DNA of 64,000 nt from NCBI GenBank assembly GCA_964016885.1, contig OZ024748.1, positions 43,276,001 to 43,340,000 on the forward strand, written 5' to 3'. The notes beneath the pieces are model-generated. The model made no database searches. It had not been told where the DNA came from and saw nothing but the letters and a program-made list of their open reading frames with translations. The stretch is from Eledone cirrhosa (taxonomy: Eukaryota). Below, piece by piece: positions 1 to 62,020 of this stretch. The position numbers were made by a program, and so were the translations under genes. Position 1 is the stretch's first letter. The number at the start of each line of letters is the position of its first letter.

Positions 1-1180
1 GCCGACTATATTTCTAGTGAAAGACACTGCCGACCATATTTCTAGTGAAAGACACTGCCAACCATATTTCTAGTGAAAGACACTGCCGACTATATTTCTA
101 GTGAAAGACACTGCCGACCATATTTCTAGTGAAAGACACTGCCGACCATATTTCTAGTGAAAGACACTGCCGACCATATTTCTAGTGAAAAACACTGCCG
201 ACCATATTTCTAGTGAAAGACACTGCCGACCATATTTCTAGTGAAAGACACTGCCGACCATATTTCTAGTGAAAGACACTGCCGACTATATTTCTAGTGA
301 AAGACACTGCCGACTATATTTCTAGTGAAAGACACTGCCGACCATATTTCTAGTGAAAGACACTGCCGACTATATTTCTAGTGAAAGACACTGCCGACCA
401 TATTTCTAGTGAAAGACACTGCCGACTATATTTCTAGTGAAAGTCACTGCCGACCATATTTCTAGTGAAAGACACTGCCGACTATATTTCTAGTGAAAGA
501 CACTGCCGACCATATTTCTAGTGAAAGACACTGCCGACTATATTTCTAGTGAAAGACACTGCCGACCATATTTCTAGTGAAAGACACTGCCGACTATATT
601 TCTAGTGAAAGACACTGCCGACCATATTTCTAGTGAAAGACACTGCAGACTATATTTCTAGTGAAAGACACTGCCGACTATATTTCTAGTGAAAGACACT
701 GCCGACCATATTTCTAGTGAAAGACACTGCCGACTATATTTCTAGTGAAAGACACTGCCGACCATATTTCTAGTGAAAGACACTGCCGACCATATTTCTA
801 GTGAAAGACACTGCCGACCATATTTCTAGTGAAAGACACTGCCGACCATATTTCTAGTGAAAGACACTGCCGACCATATTTCTAGTGAAAGACACTGCCG
901 ACCATATTTCTAGTGAAAGACACTGCCGACCATATTTCTAGTGAAAGACACTGCCGACCATATTTCTAGTGAAAGACACTGCCGACCATATTTCTCGTGA
1001 AAGACACTGCCGACCATATTTCTAGTGAAAGACACTGCCGACTATATTTCTAGTGAAAGACACTGCCGGCCATATTTCTAGTGAAAGATACTGCCGACCA
1101 TATTTCTAGTGAAAGACACTGCCGGCCATATTTCTAGTGAAAGACACTGCCGACCATATTTCTAGTGAAAGACACTGCCG
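1..1180. repeat. 28-bp satellite GCCGACYATATTTCTAGTGAAAGACACT (runs off the window start)
   Basis: Near-identical head-to-tail units, period 28, no spacers. Confidence 0.97.
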
Positions 1181-1660
1181 ATGAGTTTCAAATGATTTCG
1201 AAGCTAATCAAGAATTTTGAAGAATTTAGTAATAAAACTAATTTTCTCATTATTAAATTGGTTTTTAAACATAACCTAACAAAAGTTCTTACATAAAATT
1301 ATGTCAGAAGGTTTTTAGATAAATACAATGGTAGAGTCTATGGCAGTGGAGACTTCTGGCATTATTGGTCTCTGGATCATATTCCTGCTCACTGCTATCG
1401 GAGCAGAGTTGGCCACCCGTAGGTGTGAGCCCTGTGAGGTAGAGTGACTGTTCCAGTGTATCTCCCTCATTATCCTCCATGGTAATGTATTCTCCATCCT
1501 ATCATCTAGGACCATGAGGCGGAGGAGAAGATAGTTGGAATTGGAGGATACTTGTTTGGATGTCAACACATTCACACACATACCCAACCTCTTACATAGT
1601 ACATCGAAGATATTTAATATAAAGGTTTTAACACAAACAGTTTTGTATGGTAGAAATATA

Positions 1661-3103
1661 GACAGTTTGGTATTAGAAAGTTTGGTATCAGAAAGTTTGG
1701 TAGCAGAAAGTTTGGTATTAGAGAGTTTGGTATCAGACAGTTTGGTATCAGAAAGTTTGGTATCAGAAAGTTTGGTATTAGAAAGTTTGGTATCAGAAAG
1801 TTTGGTATCAGAAAGTTTGGTATCAGAAAGTTTGGTATTAGAAAGTTTGGTATTAGAGAGTTTGGTATCAGAAAGTTTGGTATCAGAAAGTTTGGTATTA
1901 GAGAGTTTGGTATTAGAGAGTTTGGTATTAGAAAGTTTGGTATTAGAGAATTTGGTATTAGAAAGTTTGGTATTAGAAAGTTTGGTATTAGAAAGTTTGG
2001 TATTAGAAAGTTTGGTATCAGAAAGTTTGTTATTAGAAAGTTTGGTATTAGAGAGTTTGGTGTTAGAAAGTTTGGTATTAGAGAGTTTGGTATTAGAGAG
2101 TTTGGTATCAGAAAGTTTGGTATCAGAAAGTTTGGTATTAGAAAGTTTGGTATTAGAAAGTTTGGTATCAGAAAGTTTGGTATTAGAAAGTTTGGTATCA
2201 GAAAGTTTGGTATCAGAAAGTTTGGTATCAGAAAGTTTGGTAACAGACAGTTTGGTATTAGAGAGTTTGGTATTAGAAAGTTTGGTATTAGAAAGTTTGG
2301 TATTAGAGAGTTTGGTATTAGAAAGTTTGGTATTAGAAAGTTTGATATCAGAAAGTTTGGTATTAGAAAGTTTGGTATTAGAAAGTTTGGTATTAGAGAG
2401 TTTGGTATTAGAAAGTTTGGTATTAGAGAGTTTGGTATTAGAAAGTTTGGTATTAGAGAGTTTGGTATTAGAAAGTTTGGTATTAGAAAGTTTGGTATTA
2501 GAAAGTTTGGTATTAGAAAGTTTGGTATCAGAAAGTTTGGTATTAGAAAGTTTGGTATCAGAAAGTTTGGTAGCAGAAAGTTTGGTATTAGAAAGTTTGG
2601 TAGCAGAAAGTTTGGTATCAGAAAGTTTGGTATTAGAAAGTTTGGTATCAGAAAGTTTGGTATCAGAAAGTTTGGTATTAGAGAGTTTGGTATCAGAAAG
2701 TTTGGTATCAGAAAGTTTGGTATTAGAGAGTTTGGTATCAGAAAGTTTGGTATTAGAGAGTTTGGTATCAGAAAGTTTGGTATCAGAAAGTTTGGTATCA
2801 GAAAGTTTGGTATTAGAGAGTTTGGTATTAGAGAGTTTGGTATCAGAAAGTTTGGTATCAGAAAGTTTGGTATTAGAGAGTTTAGTATCAGAAAGTTTGG
2901 TATCAGAAAGTTTGGTATTAGAGAGTTTGGTATCAGAAAGTTTGGTATTAGAGAGTTTGGTATCAGAAAGTTTGGTATCAGAAAGTTTGGTATTAGAGAG
3001 TTTGGTATCAGAAAGTTTGGTATCAGAAAGTTTGGTATTAGAAAGTTTGGTATCAGAAAGTTTGGTATCAGAAAGTTTGGTATTAGAGAGTTTGGTATCA
3101 GAA
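1661..3103. repeat. 15-bp satellite AGTTTGGTATYAGAR
   Basis: Period 15; explains the TKLSD and SLVLE ORFs. Confidence 0.97.
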
Positions 3104-3175
3104 CAGCCCAAATTGTTCAGCTAGACTATTTGGAATTCATGTATTACAATAAAGAAATAAGACTGCAATACTTAC

Positions 3176-53006
<49,831 letters not shown>

Positions 53007-54558
53007 CTGCAAAGAGAAATATAGAAAGTTTAAACAATAATGAAAATTGTAGGTTTCTTCCATCAAAAGGCTTATTTCTAAACAAATTACAGATCCACTT
53101 AAAAGCTGCCACATCAGAAGAGAATGTTTACTGTTTTGGGGCCTTATTTTCAACAGTTTTATTGCACTCCATTACTGGGGTCACTGTGTTTTCACCTGTA
53201 AGGTCAACTGGCTACTGACCTTAGCATTTTGGATATTAAACATACCCAAACCAACCTTTACATTTAAGAAACAAAACCACATATTTTAAAGGATTCCAAC
53301 CCTGCCAAAACCAGCTCTGGTTCTCTAAAAGAAAGTCACCCATTTCAAAGGGTCCCTGTTTAGCCCTTTAGATACCAACGTTGCCAAAACCAGCTCTGGT
53401 TCTATGAAACATAGAAACCCTTTAAAATTGGTGGCTATTTAAATTATAACTTTCCAACATAATTTTATACCAGAAGTTTTTGCTAAGTTATGTCACAAAT
53501 ATCTTAATTCAATCACATCTCAAAAGCTTTGTAAATAATTGTTTCTACTTATGACACAAGGCCAGCACTTTGAAGGAAAGGAGAAAGTTAATTAAATCTA
53601 CCCCAGTACATTACTGGTACTTTACATTCTTAGTTCAAATAACGCCAAGGTTAGCTTCACCTTTCATCCTTGCGAGTTTGAGAAAATAAAGTACCAGTAA
53701 TGTACTGGGGTCGATTTAATTAAGTGTTTTGCCCTGCTAACATATGTCACAAAGCATGTCGTCCAATGCTCTACCAATTCTGCCAATCCACAGCCCTAAA
53801 CTTTGTGAATACTACTAAGTAATAACTGGAAGTAGTTTATATAGTTAAAGCTGTTTATTCAGCATATGTTTAATATCAAGAAAAATGTATTTAACTATAG
53901 ACAATCTCTTTATAAAAAGACACAACCAAGAAAGAAAACTCAGTTAACGAGAATCTGTACTAGTTTCATACAGTGTATGGAATGTGCATAGAATGTTATC
54001 AGGGCAAAACATTAACAATAGCAATTATTTAAGGCAAGTGGCTAATATGGACATAAGACATAGTGGCAGGTAGAAAACAACAGTTTTAACCCTTTTGTTA
54101 CTGTCTTTCTAATGAAATACACTGTCTATGTGTCTCAACTGATTTTAAAAATTTGAAGAACTTAATGAGATAACCTTTTAATTAATAAGCTGTTTGAAAC
54201 ATTAGACATTAACAATTTATGATGGAAGGTTTTAATATAAATATGAATAATTTATGATGGAAGGTTTTAATATAAATATGAATAATTTATGATGGAAGGT
54301 TTTGTATAAATGTTTCTACTTTTGGCACAAGGCCAGCAATTATCCCAGTGGATTACTGGTACTTTATTTATCAACCCCGTAAGGATGAAAAGCAAAGCTA
54401 GCCTCGGCGGGATTTGAACTCAGAACGTAAAGGACCATAACTCTATGTTGTAAAGCATTGTGTCTGACGATCTACCAATATTGCCAAACTACCGCCCTAA
54501 TTTTAAGTTCAAATATAAATATGAGCAATTTAAAACAAGCTGTTGTGTATCATATCAT

Positions 54559-57500
54559 GTTAGGAAGGACATCCAGCCATAGAAACCATGCTCCCAGTAC
54601 ACTCTGTAGTGTGGTTGGTGTTAGGAAAGACATCCAGCCATAGAAACCATGTTCCCAGTACACTCTGTAGTGTGGTTGGTGTTAGGAAGGGCATCCAGCC
54701 ATAGAAACCATGCTCCCAGTACACTCTGTAAAGTGGTTGGTGTTAGGAAGGAAATCCAGCCATAGAAACAATACTCCCAGTACACTCTGTAGTGTGGTTG
54801 GTGTTAGGAAGGAAATCCAGCCATAGAAACCATGCTCCCAGTACACTCTGTAGTGTGGTTGGTGTTAGGAAGGACATCCAGCCATAGAACCATGCTCCCA
54901 GTACACTCTGTAAAGTGGTTGGTGTTAGGAAGGACATCCAGCCATAGAAACCATACACCCAGTACACTCTGTAAAGTGGTTGGTGTTAGGAAGGACATCC
55001 AGCCATAGAAACCATGCTCCCAGTACACTCTGTAAAGTGGTTGGTGTTAGGAAGGACATCCAGCCATAGAAACCATACACCCAGTACACTCTGTAAAGTG
55101 GTTGGTGTTAGGAAGGACATCCAGCCATAGAAACCATGCTCCCAGTACACTCTGTAAAGTGGTTGGTGTTAGGAAGGACATCCAGCCATAGAAACCATGC
55201 TCCCAGTACACTCTGTAAAGTGGTTGGTGTTAGGAAGGACATCCAGCCATAGAAACCATGCTCCCAGTACACTCTGTAAAGTGGTTGGTGTTAGGAAGGA
55301 CATCCAGCCATAGAAACCATGCTCCCAGTACACTCTGTAAAGTGGTTGGTGTTAGGAAGGACATCCAGCCATAGAAACCATACTCCCAGTACACTCTGTA
55401 AAGTGGTTGGTGTTAGGAAGGACATCCAGCCATAGAAACCATGCTCCCAGTACACTCTGTAAAGTGGTTGGTGTTAGGAAGGACATCCAGCCATAGAAAC
55501 CATACACCCAGTACACTCTGTGAAGTGGTTGGTGTTAGGAAGGACATCCAGCCATAGAAACCATACACCCAGTACACTCTGTAAAGTGGTTGGTGTTAGG
55601 AAGGACATCCAACCATAGAAACCATACACCCAGTACACTCTGTAGTGTGGTTGGTGTTAGGAAGGACATCCAGCCATAGAAACCATACACCCAGTACACT
55701 CTGTAAAGTGGTTGGTGTTAGGAAGGACATCCAGCCATAGAAACCATGCTCCCAGTACACTCTGTAGTGTGGTTGGTGTTAGGAAGGACATCCAGCCATA
55801 GAAACCATACACCCAGTACACTCTGTAGTGTGGTTGGTGTTAGGAAGGACATCCAGCCATAGAAACCATACACCCAGTACACTCTGTAAAGTGGTTGGTG
55901 TTAGGAAGGACATCCAGCCATAGAAACCATACACCCAGTACACTCTGTAGTGTGGTTGGTGTTAGGAAGGACATCCAGCCATAGAAACCATACACCCAGT
56001 ACACTCTGTAAAGTGGTTGGTGTTAGGAAGGACATCCAGCCATAGAAACCATGCTCCCAGTACACTCTGTAGTGTGGTTGGTGTTAGGAAGGACATCCAG
56101 CCATAGAAACCATACACCCAGTACACTCTGTAGTGTGGTTGGTGTTAGGAAGGACATCCAGCCATAGAAACCATACACCCAGTACACTCTGTAAAGTGGT
56201 TGGTGTTAGGAAGGACATCCAGCCATAGAAACCATGCTCCCAGTACACTCTGTAGTGTGGTTGGTGTTAGGAAGGACATCCAGCCATAGAAACCATACAC
56301 CCAGTACACTCTGTAGTGTGGTTGGTGTTAGGAAGGACATCCAGCCATAGAAACCATACACCCAGTACACTCTGTAAAGTGGTTGGTGTTAGGAAGGACA
56401 TCCAGCCATAGAAACCATGCTCCCCGTACACTCTGTAGTGTGGTTGGTGTTAGGAAGGACATCCAGCCATAGAAACCATACTCCCAGTACACTCTGTAAA
56501 GTGGTTGGTGTTAGGAAGGACATCCAGCCATAGAAACCATGCTCCCAGTACACTCTGTAAAGTGGTTGGTGTTAGGAAGGACATCCAGCCATAGAAACCA
56601 TGCTCCCAGTACACTCTGTAAAGTGGTTGGTGTTAGGAAGGACATCCAGCCATAGAAACCATACACCCAGTACACTCTGTAAAGTGGTTGGTGTTAGGAA
56701 GGACATCCAGCCATAGAAACCATGCTCCCAGTACACTCTGTAAAGTGGTTGGTGTTAGGAAGGACATCCAGCCATAGAAACCATGCTCCCAGTACACTCT
56801 GTAGTGTGGTTGGTGTTAGGAAGGACATCCAGCCATAGAAACCATACTCCCAGTACACTCTGTAAAGTGGTTGGTGTTAGGAAGGACATCCAGCCATAGA
56901 AACCATACACCCAGTACACTCTGTAAAGTGGTTGGTGTTAGGAAGGACATCCAGCCATAGAAACTATGCTCCCTGTACACTCTGTAAAGTGGTTGGTGTT
57001 AGGAAGGACATCCAGCCATAGAAACCATGCTCCCAGTACACTCTGTAGTGTGGTTGGTGTTAGGAAGGACATCCAGCCATAGAAACCATACTCCCAGTAC
57101 ACTCTGTAAAGTGGTTGGTGTTAGGAAGGACATCCAGCCATAGAAACCATGCTCCCAGTACACTCTGTAGTGTGGTTGGTGTTAGGAAGGACATCCAGCC
57201 ATAGAAACCATACTCCCAGTACACTCTGTAAAGTGGTTGGTGTTAGGAAGGACATCCAGCCATAGAAACCATGCTCCCAGTACACTCTGTAGTGTGGTTG
57301 GTGTTAGGAAGGACATCCAGCCATAGAAACCATACACCCAGTACACTCTGTAAAGTGGTTGGTGTTAGGAAGGAAATCCAGCCATAGAAACCATGCTCCC
57401 AGTACACTCTGTAAAGTGGTTGGTGTTAGGAAGGACATCCAACCATAGAAACCATACACCCAGTACACTCTGTAGTGTGGTTGGTGTTAGGAAGGACATC

Positions 57501-59712
57501 CAACCATAGAAACCATGCTCCCAGTACACTCTGTAAAGTGGTTGGTGTTAGGAAGGACATCCAGCCATAGAAACCATGCTCCCAGTACACTCTGTAAAGT
57601 GGTTGGTGTTAGGAAGGACATCCAGCCATAGAAACCATACACCCAGTACACTCTGTAAAGTGGTTGGTGTTAGGAAGGACATCCAGCCATAGAAACCATG
57701 CTCCCAGTACACTCTGTAAAGTGGTTGGTGTTAGGAAGGACATCCAGCCATAGAAACCATGCTCCCAGTACACTCTGTAAAGTGGTTGGTGTTAGGAAGG
57801 ACATCCAGCCATAGAAACCATACACCCAGTACACTCTGTAAAGTGGTTGGTGTTAGGAAGGACATCCAGCCATAGAAACCATGCTCCCAGTACACTCTGT
57901 AAAGTGGTTGGTGTTAGGAAGGACATCCAACCATAGAAACCATACACCCAGTACACTCTGTAGTGTGGTTGGTGTTAGGAAGGACATCCAACCATAGAAA
58001 CCATGCTCCCAGTACACTCTGTAAAGTGGTTGGTGTTAGGAAGGACATCCAGCCATAGAAACCATGCTCCCAGTACACTCTGTAAAGTGGTTGGTGTTAG
58101 GAAGGACATCCAGCCATAGAAACCATGCTCCCAGTACACTCTGTAAAGTGGTTGGTGTTAGGAAGGACATCCAGCCATAGAAACCATACACCCAGTACAC
58201 TCTGTAAAGTGGTTGGTGTTAGGAAGGACATCCAGCCATAGAAACCATGCTCCCAGTACACTCTGTAAAGTGGTTGGTGTTAGGAAGGACATCCAACCAT
58301 AGAAACCATACACCCAGTACACTCTGTAGTGTGGTTGGTGTTAGGAAGGACATCCAACCATAGAAACCATGCTCCCAGTACACTCTGTAAAGTGGTTGGT
58401 GTTAGGAAGGACATCCAACCATAGAAACCATACTCCCAGTACACTCTGTAAAGTGGTTGGTGTTAGGAAGGACATCCAACCATAGAAACCATGCTCCCAG
58501 TACACTCTGTAGTGTGGTTGGTGTTAGGAAGGACATCCAGCCATAGAAACCATGCTCCCAGTACACTCTGTAGTGTGGTTGGTGTTAGGAAGGACATCCA
58601 GCCATAGAAACCATACACCCAGTACACTCTGTAGTGTGGTTGGTGTTAGGAAGGACATCCAGCCATAGAAACCATGCTCCCAGTACACTCTGTAGTGTGG
58701 TCGGTGTTAGGAAGGACATCCAGCCATAGAAACCATACACCCAGTACACTCTGTAAAGTGGTTGGTGTTAGGAAGGACATCCAGCCATAGAAACCATACA
58801 CCCAGTACACTCTGTAAAGTGGTTGGTGTTAGGAAGGACATCCAGCCATAGAAACCATACACCCAGTACACTCTGTAAAGTGGTTGGTGTTAGGAAGGAC
58901 ATCCAGCCATAGAAACCATACACCCAGTACACTCTGTAATGTGGTTGGTGTTAGGAAGGACATCCAACCATAGAAACCATGCTCCCAGTACACTCTGTAA
59001 AGTGGTTGGTGTTAGGAAGGACATCCAACCATAGAAACCATACACCCAGTACACTCTGTAGTGTGGTTGGTGTTAGGAAGGACATCCAACCATAGAAACC
59101 ATGCTCCCAGTACACTCTGTAAAGTGGTTGGTGTTAGGAAGGACATCCAACCATAGAAACCATACTCCCAGTACACTCTGTAAAGTGGTTGGTGTTAGGA
59201 AGGACATCCAACCATAGAAACCATGCTCCCAGTACACTCTGTAGTGTGGTTGGTGTTAGGAAGGACATCCAGCCATAGAAACCATACACCCAGTACACTC
59301 TGTAGTGTGGTTGGTGTTAGGAAGGACATCCAGCCATAGAAACCATGCTCCCAGTACACTCTGTAGTGTGGTCGGTGTTAGGAAGGACATCCAGCCATAG
59401 AAACCATACACCCAGTACACTCTGTAAAGTGGTTGGTGTTAGGAAGGACATCCAGCCATAGAAACCATACACCCAGTACACTCTGTAAAGTGGTTGGTGT
59501 TAGGAAGGACATCCAGCCATAGAAACCATACACCCAGTACACTCTGTAAAGTGGTTGGTGTTAGGAAGGACATCCAGCCATAGAAACCATACACCCAGTA
59601 CACTCTGTAAAGTGGTTGGTGTTAGGAAGGACATCCAGCCATAGAAACCATACACCCAGTACACTCTGTAAAGTGGTTGGTGTTAGGAAGGACATCCAGC
59701 CATAGAAACCAT
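54559..59712. repeat. 61-bp SINE-derived satellite (~84 units)
   Basis: CCAGTACACTCTGTAAAGTGGTTGGTGTTAGGAAGGACATCCAGCCATAGAAACCATRCWC; continues into the SINE 3' end with (GAT)n at 59713-59830. Confidence 0.97.
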
Positions 59713-59956
59713 ACCAGAAACAAAGAATACAGTTAAGATGTGGTCACCTGACCAGTCTGTCTTCAGTATGTCACAGTCTAACACTTGCAAGCATGGAAAA
59801 TAGATGTTAAACAATGACGATGATGATGACATATCTGTGAATGTTTGTACAGGGCAACTAAAAGTTGCTGGTGACAGGAAAGACATCAGACAGTAAAACA
59901 TTGCCACAAAACAATGCATCCAACCCATGCCAGCATGGAATTGTGAACTAAAAACA

Positions 59957-60190
59957 ATGATGATGCTGATGGTGACGATGGTGGTGATGATGGTGGCGAT
60001 GGTGACGATGATGGTGATGATGATGGTGACAGTGACAAAGATGATGATGGTGATGGTGATGATGGTGATGATGATGATGATAATGACGACGATGATGATG
60101 AAGATGATGAGGACAATGGTGATGATGACGGTGATGATGATGATGATGATCGTGATGGTGATGATGAGGAAAATGGTGATGATGATGATT
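59957..60190. repeat. Expanded (GAT/GGT)n tail of a SINE/RTE 3' end
   Basis: Follows CCCATGCCAGCATGGAA...TAAAAACAATG. Confidence 0.85.
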
Positions 60191-60519
60191 GCTCCACTGA
60201 AGTATATTTTCCCCTTCAGCTATTTTTGTTAAAAGAAGAGAAAATATTTAATAACCACACCAAGTAATTCCTTTATATTTACATCTATTTTATTGTTATT
60301 ATTGTTGTCTTGTTGTTGTTGTTGTTGTTGTACATAGTTTCCCAGAACTTTTTATAAACCTATTTTGTGATATGTGAAAGCTGTTACTCCAAAGAATTAG
60401 AGCGTTACAAATTATTAGATAATGTAGGTAGCCAACAGGGTTGTTCCATAAAACCTGTTAGATGACAATATTTCTCATTGTGGAAATTCATATTAATTGT
60501 AAATATGTTAATTATAATC

Positions 60520-62020
60520 TAGGACAGGTGAATATATTATATTAGTTAATACCAGAGACAGGTAAATATATATATTATGTTAGTTATAACTAGTGTCAGG
60601 TAAATATATATATTATATTAGTTATAACCAGAGACAGGTAAATAATATATTATGTTAGTTATAACCAGAGACAGGTAAATATATATAATATATTAGTTAT
60701 AACCAGAGACAGGTAAATATATATAATATATTAGTTATAACCAGAGACAGGTAAATATATATATTATGTTAGTTATAACCAGTGTCAGGTAAATATATAT
60801 ATTATATTAGTTATAACCAGAGACAGGTAAATAATATATTATGTTAGTTATAACCAGTGTCAGGTAAATATATATATTATGTTAGTTATAACCAGTGTCA
60901 GGTAAATAATATATTATATTAGTTATAACTAGTGTCAAGTAAATAATATATTATATTAGTTATAACTAGTGTCAGGTAAATAATATATTATGTTAGTTAT
61001 AACCAGTGTCAGGTAAATAATATATTATGTTAGTTATAATCAGAGACAGGTAAATAATATATTATGTTAGTTATAACCAGTGTCAGGTAAATAATATATT
61101 ATGTTAGTTATAACCAGAGACAGGTAAATAATATATTATGTTAGTTATAACCAGTGTCAGGTAAATAATATATTATGTTAGTTATAACCAGAGACAGGTA
61201 AATAATATATTATGTTAGTTATAACTAGTGTCAGGTAAATAATATATTATATTAGTTATAACTAGTGTCAGGTAAATAATATATTATGTTAGTTATAACT
61301 AGTGTCAGGTAAATAATATATTATGTTAGTTATAACTAGTGTCAGGTAAATAATATATTATATTAGTTATAACTAGTGTCAGGTAAATAATATATTATAT
61401 TAGTTATAACTAGTGTCAGGTAAATAATATATTATATTAGTTATAACTAGTGTCAAGTAAATAATATATTATATTAGTTATAACCAGTGTCAGGTAAATA
61501 ATATATTATGTTAGTTATAACCAGTGTCAGGTAAATAATATATTATGTTAGTTATAACCAGTGTCAGGTAAATAATATATTATGTTAGTTATAACCAGTG
61601 TCAGGTAAATAATATATTATGTTAGTTATAACTAGTGTCAGGTAAATAATATATTATGTTAGTTATAACCAGTGTCAGGTAAATAATATATTATGTTAGT
61701 TATAACCAGTGTCAGGTAAATAATATATTATGTTAGTTATAACCAGTGTCAGGTAAATAATATATTATGTTAGTTATAACTAGTGTCAGGTAAATAATAT
61801 ATTATATTAGTTATAACCAGTGTCAGGTAAATAATATATTATGTTAGTTATAACCAGTGTCAGGTAAATAATATATTATATTAGTTATAACTAGTGTCAG
61901 GTAAATAATATATTATATTAGTTATAACTAGTGTCAGGTAAATAATATATTATATTAGTTATAACTAGTGTCAGGTAAATAATATATTATATTAGTTATA
62001 ACCAGTGTCAGGTAAATAAT
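60520..62020. repeat. 37-bp satellite AGTGTCAGGTAAATAATATATTATRTTAGTTATAACY
   Basis: Period 37; internal palindromes TAATATATTA and TAGTTATAACTA. Confidence 0.96.

Noticed and set aside
1-1180. CRISPR-like 28-bp repeats (also the 37/38-bp arrays)
   Set aside because: Head-to-tail with no unique spacers, no cas genes, eukaryotic intron
1315-3124. 598-aa and 529-aa pentapeptide-repeat ORFs
   Set aside because: Translations of a 15-bp satellite that happens to lack stops on both strands; intronic, no splice or domain support
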